Source of the DNA: Daphnia carinata
Taxonomy: Eukaryota
DNA length: 64,000 bases
Reading direction: 5' to 3'
NCBI RefSeq assembly: GCF_022539665.2
Contig: NC_081331.1
Coordinates: forward strand, 248,001-312,000
The notes under the pieces: generated by a model
What the model saw: only the letters and a program-made list of their open reading frames with translations
Databases searched by the model: none
Told to the model about the DNA's origin: nothing
Position numbers and translations under genes: made by a program
Shown: positions 27,550-39,023 of the stretch, one piece after another
How the letters are laid out: every line of letters starts with the position of its first letter
Position numbering within the stretch: position 1 is the first letter of the stretch

Positions 27550-30500
27550 TCATTTCAGTAATAGATAAGACAACGGGTAGCGTACAAGAAAACAAAGATC
27601 AAAGATAGTATCGTCTTCTTCACTTTCGTCTCTTTGATACTTGAAAATGGATAACTTAGACTTTGCAGAAAGAATTTTCTATGATAGTAGAAGATATCAC
27701 TGGGTATCCTTTAACTGACGAAATTTCATCACATGACTGATTTCTCTGATCTGCATTGTAATTCGACATTTCAGAAGTTAAATCCTGTTTTTCATCATCT
27801 GCGTGGTCTTCGAATGATAGCTAAAGTCTTCTTGAGTGTTGGGTGTCATATGACTATCAACGCATCCGCCTTCTGAAGTAGACAATGGAGGAATATCCTC
27901 CACCGAAAATTTAATTCTTTTAGATCGCGATTGTTTATCGTTCAGTGGTTTCCTTTTAATACCATTTTCGTTTTGTTCATCTTCAGAAAAGCTGGTTTTA
28001 TTGTGTTTTATTCTCTGAATGTTCGCTAAAATTGCTTGGGTTTGTGCTATATGGAGGTCATTGCTAGCCGAATTTTTATCATTCGGAAAAGGATGACTTG
28101 CATAGTTGATGTTTGGCAAAGCAGCAATTTCATTCAAACTTTCCTTTTCAGAAGTTAGCGAATCTTCTAATCCCAACCGTTTTCAGCACTAGCTCAACTA
28201 GAAAAATAAAAATTGAGAAAAATGGCCGAATGGGAGTCATCACAAATTACCTTGATGTTGGTATTCGAGCATTGCTTCGAATGGAAATGACGAGTGGATG
28301 CAGTTGTCTGCTGATATCAATGTAGCATATTGCATTGAGCTTTCCATTAAAGTAACAACAACACGGCATCCATTACGTTAACTTCTTCGCGGAACATTAG
28401 TCTATTCATCATAAGGCTTAGTTGATTTTTCCTGAAGCACATTAAAAACGGATATACCTTGCGTGGCCCTGGGCTAACCTGAATTTAAAAATTTCAAGAC
28501 AATAAGAAGGGTATACTTGTTTTTTTCCACATGCTATTAATAATTTTTAGCAATTCTTACCTGATCATGCTCTCCAGCATCCTTACTGTCGTGCGAGCAG
28601 CATTTCGATCATCCGCCTGTCGTTGAGCATAATAGTATTTCGATAAGACTCGGTTAGCAGCTGGAGTGAGCATTGGATTGAGGTTTTTAATAATGCCAAA
28701 ATATGAATTCATCATTTCAAAAGACCAAAGAGCCGTATCGCCATTTGAAGTATCGTTTCCGTTAAGTATATGGCGGGCAACACTTTGATCCCAAGCATAG
28801 TCTTTACTGTCTATAAGGACAAGTATGAGGTCAAATCGAGAAAGCAGAGGACTTGCCTGCCCGGCATTTTACGCTCAAATTAAGGCTGGTGTCGTATGAC
28901 CCCCTTTTGCATTTGTCGCAGCTATAATAGAGCAACGCGTGTTAAGCGTTCCAGCCTAAAAGAACACAATAACAACATTACGATCTTGTATGGTATGAGG
29001 TATGAGCTCAATTTAATATATTTCTACTTTGGCAACGCTGATGGTTTGTTGTTCCATAGCTTCGGGTATCGATGCACGATCTCTTTCTTGTATCGAACTG
29101 AACTCGTCAATACAGTACACCCCCCGTCTGCTAAAACAAGTGCTCCCGCTTCTAAATGCCACAATCCAGAATCCTACATAGTCATCCCATGTGGCAGTTT
29201 TAAATGTGTAAGATAGTCAACTTCATTTGTTGGTGATACCTTAGCCGCAGGCACCGTGAGACCGGCACTCGTTGTTCCAATCCCTGTTGTAAGTACCGAT
29301 CGGGGACTTAGCTTGCAGATATATTTCAAGGTTTGAGATTTTCCGGCTCCTAAACAATAAGAATAGCGCTTCAGCGAAGTCTACGGGAAACTACGTTGAC
29401 AACTTGTACCAGGATCTCCAACAAGAAGTAAGTGTGATTCTCCCCTGGCTTTGGTTCCCGAATCGTCTTTCCTTGTAACTCCACCAGCAAGAACGATAGC
29501 AGTTGTAAAAGAAAAAATTAATTAAAATAAATAAGGCAATTCTTGAATTTCAATCTTGATTGTTTCTCTATAGGCAGCAAAGCGCATAGATGTATCAATA
29601 GATGCCAATAGATGTATAAAGAAGTGAGGTCTACCTACTAGTTTGACGATGTAAAGACCGTAAATCTGTGTAAATGGAACAATTTGCCTAGGTTTGTTAA
29701 AAAGAACTTCGGATATTCTTCTTTGAGGGGAAAACGACGACAAAATGATATTTCGGCCAAGCAGAGGACACGCGGCGTATTTTAACCAAAACCATTTAAA
29801 CCCGTCGTTTAGCTCCTCGTTTACAGCACTATTGATAACCTTTGCTTCATTTACAACTTCTATGAAGTTTCCTTTGAGGACAAGTTCCAAAACTGACCGC
29901 TGATCACGGACAAAGGGGTGCCAACGGAGCCTCACCAGACCGCTGTAATTATTATAATATTTTATTATGATTGTTTTTTTATTAAGCTTAAAGGGAAACT
30001 ACCTTTTTTTTCTGTATGTCTACGCTTACCAAACAATTATGTTATCTCCTGGTTTGCACCGGTCAACCAAATCATCTTCTAAGGTAACCCATAGCGACGT
30101 AGGAACGGTCCCAATCGCAAGTTTGTGAACTGGTTCTTGCAATTTGATTTCCTGGTAATCTTTTTGACACGTCGGTGTTGACTTCTCCAAAGGCTGGTAT
30201 GCAGTAGACTTGCATTTCGTTGGGCTAGGACATTGTGGTGGAGTTTTGATTATGTAATATTGATCATAGTCAGCCTTTACTAGAAATTCATGCCAACATT
30301 TTTTGCATTTGAATTCTTTCTGATATTCTAGAACCCTTTGCTGTGTTGTTCTTATGACTGTGCCCTGAATACACAGAAATTTTCCATCATCCTTTAGTTT
30401 AGGCATTGTTGATCTGTGCACTTCAGGACACTGAGGTAGGCCTGTGACTCGAAAATGGATGTTTTCTTTTGGAATCAGCTCCATTTTTTGATCTAATTCC

Positions 30501-30860
30501 AAGGATTTATGCAGTATCTTTGCTGCTTTAACTAAGGCAACATCAAACAAAGGGAAATATTTTGATGAGTTGGATAAAATTGCTTCACATAATTTAGGAT
30601 AGGTCTCTAGAAGTACCACAAAACTAAAAGCAAATGAAATATAAAACTACAGAAACAACCTGGCCTTAGGGATAAATATACTTACTGTACTACAACAGAA
30701 TAATGTAGCTCGACATCTTCGGCCTCCAATATTGAAATCAAATCCTGACGATGCTGATTCAACACGTATTCAATCACAAGTTCTTCAGTTTCCAACAGGT
30801 CGTTTACAAAGCCCAGAATAGTTATAGATACAAAAAAATGCAAAATTTTAGTATAAGCAT
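27550..30860 (-). pseudogene. MCM9: DNA helicase MCM9, disrupted (probable pseudogene)
   Basis: MCM N-domain and zinc finger (CKKC...CPSPTKC, DYQEIKLQE), [39 protein letters not shown] and ARTTVRMLESMIRLAQGHARLMFR. Frameshifts near 29120, 28900, 28868, 28362 and in the C-terminal region, a lost splice donor (~29722), a lost acceptor (~29503) and no in-frame ATG found. Confidence 0.85.
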
Positions 30861-31310
30861 ATCAGATAAATTAGATCGTGAAGCAACAGTTGAATCAGTA
30901 ATATTCATCATTAATGACAACAAAATTTCGTTTTCGATTTTCTAGATACTGATCTACATCAGCAGATACTGCCACTGGTTCGAAGAATTCAAATGAAAAC
31001 AATGCTAGCAGAAAGGTGCCATCTTGTGATTTTATCATGTACTACAAGACGAAATGCCGCTTAAAACACTTCTTCCGCATTACAATTCTTCGGTAATCCA
31101 GCAATGGAAAAAAGAAAACTGTGGAACTATGAACAACGCATCTGGATCTACAAACAAGTTGGGAATCGACATGCAACAAGAATTTATTGAAAAAATAGCA
31201 TTTTAGGGAAAAAGTGGTTTACTATTCAGCCATTAGCACTTGCAAATGTACTTAAGAGACACAAATTCAGCGACAAATATCAGCGCAAAATTAAAGTCAT
31301 ATCAATAAAA

Positions 31311-32865
31311 ATGGAAGCAATTTTCGGATTTGCAGTTTCGTTCTTCTTTGCTTTGATAAGCTATTTGGGTTGGAAGCTGATCAGCGTTGACCGCCCTTGT
31401 GAGTACACCAGACGAGGACCAGCGGAAAGCAAACCGGGCAGCCCGAGCCCCGTTGAAGCAAACCGCGGATTACAATTGACAGGCTCCGATACACAAAACA
31501 TATTGCCAGAGGATTTGGAACTTGACCCGGACACAGAACTTCAATTGGCAATTTGGAACCTGTTTACCGGTAGGCCTATCAACCATGTACCATCCACTAC
31601 GTACAGCGATACCGACGAGCAACTCCAGCCCGGCAATCTGAGCCCCCTTGAGGAAAACGGCCGATTACAAGTAACGTGTCCGAATGAACAGGACGTTGAC
31701 CCAGATGATTCCGGATCCGCATTACAATTCTTCGGTAATCCAGCAATGGACGAAGAAAACTGCGGAACCCCATCCAAGAGGAAAATACAAGACATTGACC
31801 CAGATGAAATTCCGGATCCGACATTTGATTCCGGAATTCTTCGGTAATCCAGCAATGGACGAAGAAAACTGCGGAACCGCATCTGGATCTACAAACAAGG
31901 GAAATACAACACCAGAATGTTGGGCTGATGCAGGTCTGACAAAAATCCGGACCCTCCCTATCCCAGAGGCACCCCAAAATCCAAAAATCAGCGTAGAAGA
32001 GGTTTTAGAAGCTGCTACGGAACAAAATGCCCATTCGGAAGAACCACAAAGTGAGGATTTTGAAAAAATTCCTTCTACCCAGACTGAACAGCAACCAAAG
32101 CCAAAACTACGAAAACATCGTAAACAATTGTTTACTCGCACAGTGAAGTGGTGGCGAAAACTAAAGGGTAAATTTTCTGAACCAAAAGACGATTACTTAC
32201 CACCACCGCAGCCAATAAAGCAGAGAAAGAACCCCTTGTGGAGCGAAACCTATGGTAAAGAAATAGCGTCGTCTTTAGATAAAAGAGAACTTAAAAGGCA
32301 AGAAACAATCAATGAACTCCTGCAAGTACAGATTAATCTAATCGAAGACCTTTTAATAGTACAAAAGATTTATCGCGACCCCCTATTGCTTTTAGGTTTT
32401 CTTTCCGAAGGCGAGGCTAGACGGATCTTTGGCGGAATCGAGTTCCTGTTGCCTATTCACATCCAACTGCGAGATGGACTGTTTCAAACAATAGTGCCAG
32501 ATGGACGATTTGACAACATAGGGCAAGTGGTTAAAAATTGCATACCGAAATTAGAAGTTTACGTCGCCTATTGTTCCAAGTTATTCAAAGTTGAAAAACT
32601 GTTGAGCAAGAAAAGATCAACCAGCCGTTCTTTTGCAGATTTCCTCAACCGGTGCGAAACTTCTAGCTTTTCACGGCGTCTCGATTTATGGAGCTTTTTG
32701 GATTCCCCGAGATCACATGTAATGAACATACCGCTACTGATAAAGCAGATACTAAAATCAACGCTAGAAACAAACGCCGACCACGGCATGCTAGGAAAAA
32801 GTCTTATAGAACTTTATGACGTTCTAGCAAGAGTTGATAAAGCAATCGGAGATGCAACTTGTTAA
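31311..32865 (+). CDS. Intronless chimeric gene: N-terminal hydrophobic anchor + acidic repeats + NET1/ARHGEF3-like DH (RhoGEF) domain lacking PH; split into two ORFs by a frameshift near 31830
   Basis: ORF 31311-31847 starts MEAIFGFAVSFFFALISYLGWKLI. ORF 31684-32865 has LWSETYG..KRQETINELL..IEDL and FSRRLDLWSFLDSPRS, resembling the NET1/ARHGEF3 LDLWSFLDIPRSRLVKYPLL motif. It stops at IGDATC, at the DH/PH boundary. Confidence 0.75.
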
Positions 32866-33246
32866 CTAAAATCCACAAGACCATGATGAGAGGAACTAAC
32901 TTCCGCCTCGGTTTACGGACCAAAAAGGAGCACTGGCTTGGCCTAGGGGGAAGTTCCCGACGGCGCTCAACCGTGAATAATCTCATCAACCAAATCCGAT
33001 CTCGTTAAAGACGCTGAAAAATATTTAGCCGTTCCTTGCAAGATATACAATAACAGCGTGATTGTAGCTTAATTATCCTTGTTTACATTGTTTGAGCATT
33101 AGCTGTTCTGTCGCAAGCGTAATTCACTAACTCCGATTTCACCATTTTGTTGTTGCATATTTCTATCCGGTGAGGAGAAGCGAATGCATCCATTACTCGT
33201 ACAATAAACTATGAAAAAAAAAGTGAAAAACTGAAAGATCATTGTA

Positions 33247-35112
33247 GAGGAGAGAGGGAGCGATTGGAACAAAAAATTTATTTTTGTTCCCTACGAGTAC
33301 AAAAACGAGTGCTCTGGTGTTTGTGATACTATGTAGTAAGAAAAACAAAACCGAAAAAAAGTTAAGGGATAGATTTTAGGGAGAATCTATTGCACCGAAA
33401 TATTTCGGTGCAATAACGGCCTTTTCCCCTATTGTACCGAAAGATTTCGGTGCAAAAATGGCCCACTGAAATGAAAAGCAGAAAAAAATGCCCACGAAGG
33501 CATCGTCCGGCGGGCTAAAATGCCCGACGGAGGCATATGCGTCAGACAAATACGAGATTAAAGAAATTGATTAAAACTGGGACTTACCTTTAAAATCACC
33601 TTTATCAATACACAACGAAACATAATATAACACCGACACTGTATCAACACAGACGTACAAATATTAAAAATCCGGCACTTAACACACGAGAAATAACCTA
33701 ACAACCACTTACTACATCTGCCATCGGAGTCAGCTTCCGTGTTAGCCGAGCTGCTTGAGCTGCAGGCACTCCCGGCAGTTGGCAGTGTTAAAGGTTTCGG
33801 ATAGACGACAGTCCCTTGCCCACGCATGACAGCGCGAATGATGCCGTCATCTTTTGCTCCAAGTTTTTCAAATTCTTCTTCGAATTCGGAGCGGTGCAGG
33901 ACTTCACCAGTTGTCCCGTTCTTTCTGCTTGCAGAGTTGTGCCGCTTTTTCACTGTTTTAAATCTATTGATAAAAAATGGGGTTAGAAATAATAAATGAC
34001 ATGCGCAAATTGTATACTTGCCGGTTCTCAACATTTTCAGGAGTGAAATGAGAAACAGAATACTTCTCATTTAACTGCTTAGCAAGCTGCACCCATAAAA
34101 TCTTCTTTGTCTTGAACTTTTTCATGGGTCCAACCTGTTGGAAAAGTGCACCGTACATTCTCAGCATCTCCCTGGTTTGCGCTTCGTCTTTCCATTCGAA
34201 TCTGCCGCTGTCCGTTTTTGACTTCTTGGATAGCTCGTTGCAATTCTTTTTTGAAGCCTTTCCTTTATTGCAACTAAACATTTCTAGTCCTGAAGTGCCC
34301 TGAATTTCATCGTACAAAGTTCCTACTGAAAAAGAGATTAGTTATAAGGGAGAGGTAATACATGAAAAACAGATTCGATATACTGTTTAAATAATGAATA
34401 ACTGCATGCCTGCTTACCTGAGTCATCCTCCATATTGTAAACAGCATGGGTAGGGGAGATCGGACTGTTTACATTTTCTATTTGTGGTTCGATGGGCTTC
34501 TCAGGAATCAGGATACCACAACAAAGATCCTCAGCATAACTTGACTGATTGTCCTCGTTAAATTAATCTGGGTCAGTAGATACTGTAATTAGGTTACAGT
34601 ATATATAATTGTTGACAATGTAGTTTGAAAATAGAAGTAATTCCTGAAAGAAAAATAATGAGAAAACAATTACAATTTTATTTTATAGTTACATTTTAAA
34701 AAATGCCTGTGGAATCCTTTCCCCAAAAACCGATAGTCATCTCTTCCTCGTCTATGGACAATGTTTTATTATCATCACGGTATAATTTTACAAATTCGCA
34801 AACACTTTCACTAGTATCAGTCATTTTGAAAAAGGTAAACAAATTTTAGACCAAAACAAAAACCATGTGACTATTCGAAAAAATTCGTCTGCTAGGAAGT
34901 GCCCCGTTCAGGGTTTGAAAAACTGAAAAAAAGTCAGTTTTTGCGAACGCTCGAAAGGGCAGTTTTAGGGCAACTCTAAAAATTTGGGGCAGCCATTGGA
35001 ACACAAAAAACCAGAGTTGCTCCGAAAAAAAGTTGCCCCGTCAGTGCATTGGAACATACTTAGGGCAAAAAATTGCCCTAGGTCAACTCTAGGGCACCCA
35101 TTGGAATTCGCC
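33247..35112. mobile_element. Nested transposon remnant: MITE-like left end at 33247 plus a Harbinger-like element ending near 35112
   Basis: The 33247 end (TA|GAGGAGAGAGGGAGCGATTGGAAC...TTATTTTTGTTCC) matches the MITE at 35485. The right end reads GGCGAATTCCAATGGGTGCCC on the - strand with subterminal CCATTGGAA/GGGCA repeats. ACCGAAAGATTTCG motifs occur on both sides. Confidence 0.55.
33600..34824 (-). pseudogene. Myb/SANT-like (trihelix) DNA-binding protein gene of a PIF/Harbinger-type element, degenerate
   Basis: Spliced frame FEWKDEAQTREMLRMY...KKILWVQLAKQLNEKY...ENVENR|FKTVKKRH. Candidate ATG at 34824, in-frame TAA near 34564, 3' end apparently truncated. Confidence 0.65.
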
Positions 35113-35484
35113 ATTAGTATACCGAAAGATTTCGACTGCCTCCCAGCCCTGATAAAGTAAGTTTATTGTTTTGAATGTATTTCCTTCAAAACTTCTCACA
35201 TTTCACAATTTACCAAGCAAAGTAAATTAATGCATTTAGAATTCGAACAATTACTTGTATTTCTTACACTTGCAGATTGTATTACAATTTGCGATATACC
35301 TATATGAAAGTGGCTGGAGTACACCTAGCGAGGGAAACAAATCGGCACCCGCTTTAACTCCCGAACAATCACGGATTGTGAATCATCGAATAGTAAGAAA
35401 CCATGTAGGTTCTTAAATATTTAAATAACCAAAAAGGCTTTTCAAAAGTACAAAATATCTTCACAGACTTAACATATTTGCTTA

Positions 35485-35890
35485 GGGGAGGTAGGGCGTG
35501 GTTGGAACACAAAACTTATTTTTGTTCCGTACGATTACAAAAATCGTCCAAGTAAACTAAAAAAAAATATATAGATTTGTAGCCAATTATCTCAGCTACA
35601 TAACCGTATTTTTTTGGGTGGGTTCGGCAAAGATTAACATCTGCTATGCGTTAAAAACTGGAGGTACCCCAAGTTGTTTCAATTGCCAATTCTACTCGGC
35701 AATTGAAACAGGGCGTCTGGGCAATTGAAACGTGGGTTTTCCCATAAGAGAGCTCCCGGTTTTATGAAGAAACTAAAATGGCGATATCTCAGAATGTGGG
35801 ATACGTATTTTGATGAATTTTTTTACAGTAATATAGAAATTTTAATCTATATTTTTTTTGCCGCGTGTTCCAATTGCGCCCTACCTCCTC
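35485..35890. mobile_element. MITE with ~26-bp terminal inverted repeats and TA target-site duplication
   Basis: Left TIR GGGGAGGTAGGGCGTGGTTGGAACAC; right TIR (revcomp) GAGGAGGTAGGGCGCAATTGGAACAC. TA at 35483-35484 and 35891-35892. Confidence 0.8.
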
Positions 35891-36074
35891 TATACCATAA
35901 TTCGGTTGATCAAGATTGTTGCATTTGCTGGCAGTGGGAAGAAAACTATGCTTCTAGGGCTTACAGAACGTGTCAACAAAAAGAACTCCCATTTTAGATT
36001 TCTGTTGATGGTGTAGAATCATGCAGTATCCAATGAAGCGGATCTTCAAACCACGTCTCGGCCATCTCCTCTAC

Positions 36075-36791
36075 TATAATACCGCCTTTGCCTGATAATT
36101 GGAGTTTCTAAACCGAATAAGTGTAATAATTTGCAGGGTGGGATACTTTGCAGGTAACTCTGAGTAACGCAGGGACCGGATTGAAATCCAATTATTAATA
36201 AAGAAAAAATAGATAATAAATTGATTTAAAATTTTGTGTGTAATCAACTGACAGAATAGTAAATTAACAAAACGACAAGCCGTAATCAACTGTCAGAACA
36301 GTAAATTAACAACATGACAAGCCGAACAAGAACAACAGCAAATGAACAAGGAAAAATAGGGAAAAAAAGGAGAAGAATACTTGCTCAGATGTCTCCATAG
36401 TAGCGCACTTCCAGAACAGATTGGCTCATTTAAGGAAAAACTCCCCCTTAAAGGTAATAGCGCATTGTCGCAGAGGTGAGGGACAACCTATTAACTGTGC
36501 CACTATCACGAGACAATCAACTCTCGTGAGGGACAACTTGTTAACTTCTGCCAACATCACGAGACAATCAGCTCTCGTGATGGTCTTCTTCCGGCGAGTG
36601 CGTGCTAGTGAGAGGTGGCAATATTGCTCGCCATCCCTTCACTTGCACTGCAAGCTTGTGCCGTGAAGAAGACAATTGAAACAGAAAGAAAACATTAATA
36701 GGTTAGCCCCCACATACGACAACGAACAACTCCGTTTACGGGTTCACCTCTCAGTTCCTTTGGTGTGCTATCGGGGAAGGACATCTTCACA
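36075..36791 (-). mobile_element. Possible solo LTR / retroelement remnant
   Basis: Begins TGTGAAGATG on the - strand. Contains a ~42-bp tandem duplication (36241-36325) and two CACGAGACAATCA(A/G)CTCTCGTG stem-loops (~36507, ~36558). No clear TSD or second LTR. Confidence 0.3.
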
Positions 36792-37007
36792 AGTTTGGAA
36801 CTAGAGTTAATCCGAAAAAAAGGTTAAACTTGAGAATTTTGATACACATTGTGTTGAAAATGGAAAGTAAACGGCTCTATAGGGTTGTTCTGGGGTGTTC
36901 CCCAGACTCGTACATTTCTGAACAGTCTAAACATTTTTTAAAAGAGTGGTATAGCTTAGGGTGATTAAAACGTTTGCCTATCCGTATTTTCCATATTCCT
37001 TCCTTTT

Positions 37008-39023
37008 CTACATTTTTGCTGTTTCCTTGCTTGTTTTCGAAAGAAACCATGACTTGATTTTTCGCCCAAAGTTCCTAAATTTTTTCCCCCTTTTTTTTGG
37101 TATATCACCATTTTCCGAGTCCACAGTAACCTTTTGCTGCTCTTCGAGTTCTTTTCGCTCTTTGGTGCCATTTTCTAGCTGGTCCACACGATCTTCTGCC
37201 ACTTCAAATGCATCTTGGATCCCTCCGTCAGATTTTGCCGACCGTGAGGGAAAACGAAGGTCCGCCCACTTTTTCAGTTTACTTCCCAATTTCCCAAACT
37301 TTGTTTTCTTTTTAGCTGACGCTGACGTGGCATTTTCCGCTGTAGTCTGATCTTGCTCAGCCATTGGTGTTTTGTCTACCAATTTGTTTTGTAACACTTC
37401 TTGTTCAGAGGTTTTGTCGTTTTCTAAACTTTCTCCGCGATCGGCTTCAGTACCTGGAAAATGAAGGTCCGCCCACTTTTTCAGTTTGCTTCCCAATTTC
37501 CCAAACTTTGTTTTCTTTTTAGCTGTCGCTGACGTGTCATTTTCCACTGTAATTTGATGTTGCTCAGCCACCGGTGTTTTGTCTGTCAATTCGTTTTGTA
37601 ACACATCCCGTTCAGAGGTTTTTTCGTTTTCAAAACTTTCTACAAGATCGGCTTCAGTAGCTGATGGTGACTGACAAGGAAGGTCCGTCTCTTCAGTTGT
37701 TGTAGGACCAGAGACCGTTAGTGCGGAATTCGGAAACGTAGGTGTCTCTTGGTTCGGCTCGTCTTTAGCGATGTCTAACAGAAACTCTTCAGATACGTAG
37801 AGGTAATGGATGTGATAAACCGTCCTATATCCTTCAAACTCTTCTGGTATCTCCATGTGGCTAGGTGTAGCAAGGATATGCAAATGGCCAACTGTGTCAT
37901 AGATTTCAAATATATCTGACGGTTCCAAATCTTTTTCCAGCTTAGTAGCTTCAGTCGTTTCATTCAAGTTTAGGTTTGCGTCCCATTCTTCAGAAAGCTT
38001 CATATATTTCTTGTGTTTTCTTGCAGCCCTCGCTTTCTTTGTTGGGAGATGAGCAACAATCCATTTTTTCCATTTTCTCATCAATTTCAGAAACTTGTTT
38101 TCCTTTCTCGTTTCCAAAATGCGTTTAGGAAAAGAATGGAAATTATCACAGGGAAAGTCGACCTCCTGTATTTTAGAATAACCGAATTTTGGTGGGACGT
38201 ACGAAAACATAGGATTCGAGATAAACAATTGATTTAGATATTCGATTTCTTCAGGCATGTCGCAGCAGTCTTCATACATTTTTTGCAGAAACTCTTTGAT
38301 TTGTGTTTTGTCGGTATGGACGTGGGCAACCTGTTCAAATTCTTCTGGTACTTCTGCCATCTCATCAATATCAGGTATTTGAAGAATATGAACGTGAAGA
38401 ACTTTCGGAAATTCTGGTAGCAAGGGATCACCTGTGGAAGTTGACTTGGATTCAGCAAAAACCTCTTCTGGTTTTGGAGTGCCAAACGGGTTAAGGAAAG
38501 GGACTACCTCCTTGTTTTCGCGATCCAAAACATCTGATAGTATTACTTCGTTGTCTGAGGCCGGGCTGGTTACCATAAACAAGAATTCCGAATTTTCTGA
38601 TTGAATTTCTGGGTTGTCAACATAACCGGTGAAAGTGGTCCTGGTTTCACAACGATCTTCCTCCAGTTTTGGATTGTCGAACCGATATGGGAAAGGACTT
38701 GCCTTTTCCTCGATTTTGAGATCCAAAACATCTGGTAGTATTACTTCGTTGTCTGGGGCCGGGCTGGTTTCCATAAACAAAAATGCCGAATTTTTTGACT
38801 GTATTTCTGGGTTGTCAACATAACTGGTGAAAGTGGCTCTAATTTCACAACAGTCTTCCTCCGGTATTGGACCGCCGGGTTCTTGTTTCTGGTCGGTTAC
38901 GCTGAACTCATTGCAGTGGCATTTGGAATGCAGTACAATGCTGCGCTTCTCCAAACAACGGTCACGCGTCCAAATAAAGAATCTTAAAACTGCCAAGCCT
39001 AAAACTGATAAAATTTCTTCCAT
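37008..39023 (-). CDS. Intronless orphan protein (671 aa from ATG 39023), hydrophobic N-terminus, internal repeats; the only intact copy (copy 1)
   Basis: Uninterrupted 2016-nt ORF starting MEEILSVLGLAVLRFFIW. Three sets of internal repeats. Disrupted paralogs at 42996-44805 and 44806-46528. Confidence 0.7.
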   Translation of the reverse strand: MEEILSVLGLAVLRFFIWTRDRCLEKRSIVLHSKCHCNEFSVTDQKQEPGGPIPEEDCCEIRATFTSYVDNPEIQSKNSAFLFMETSPAPDNEVILPDVLDLKIEEKASPFPYRFDNPKLEEDRCETRTTFTGYVDNPEIQSENSEFLFMVTSPASDNEVILSDVLDRENKEVVPFLNPFGTPKPEEVFAESKSTSTGDPLLPEFPKVLHVHILQIPDIDEMAEVPEEFEQVAHVHTDKTQIKEFLQKMYEDCCDMPEEIEYLNQLFISNPMFSYVPPKFGYSKIQEVDFPCDNFHSFPKRILETRKENKFLKLMRKWKKWIVAHLPTKKARAARKHKKYMKLSEEWDANLNLNETTEATKLEKDLEPSDIFEIYDTVGHLHILATPSHMEIPEEFEGYRTVYHIHYLYVSEEFLLDIAKDEPNQETPTFPNSALTVSGPTTTEETDLPCQSPSATEADLVESFENEKTSERDVLQNELTDKTPVAEQHQITVENDTSATAKKKTKFGKLGSKLKKWADLHFPGTEADRGESLENDKTSEQEVLQNKLVDKTPMAEQDQTTAENATSASAKKKTKFGKLGSKLKKWADLRFPSRSAKSDGGIQDAFEVAEDRVDQLENGTKERKELEEQQKVTVDSENGDIPKKRGKKFRNFGRKIKSWFLSKTSKETAKM

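Noticed and set aside
31541..32141. Antisense ORFs over the RhoGEF-like gene, and similar shadows over DMXL, the orphan and ASPH
   Set aside because: Shadow frames of the real coding strands.
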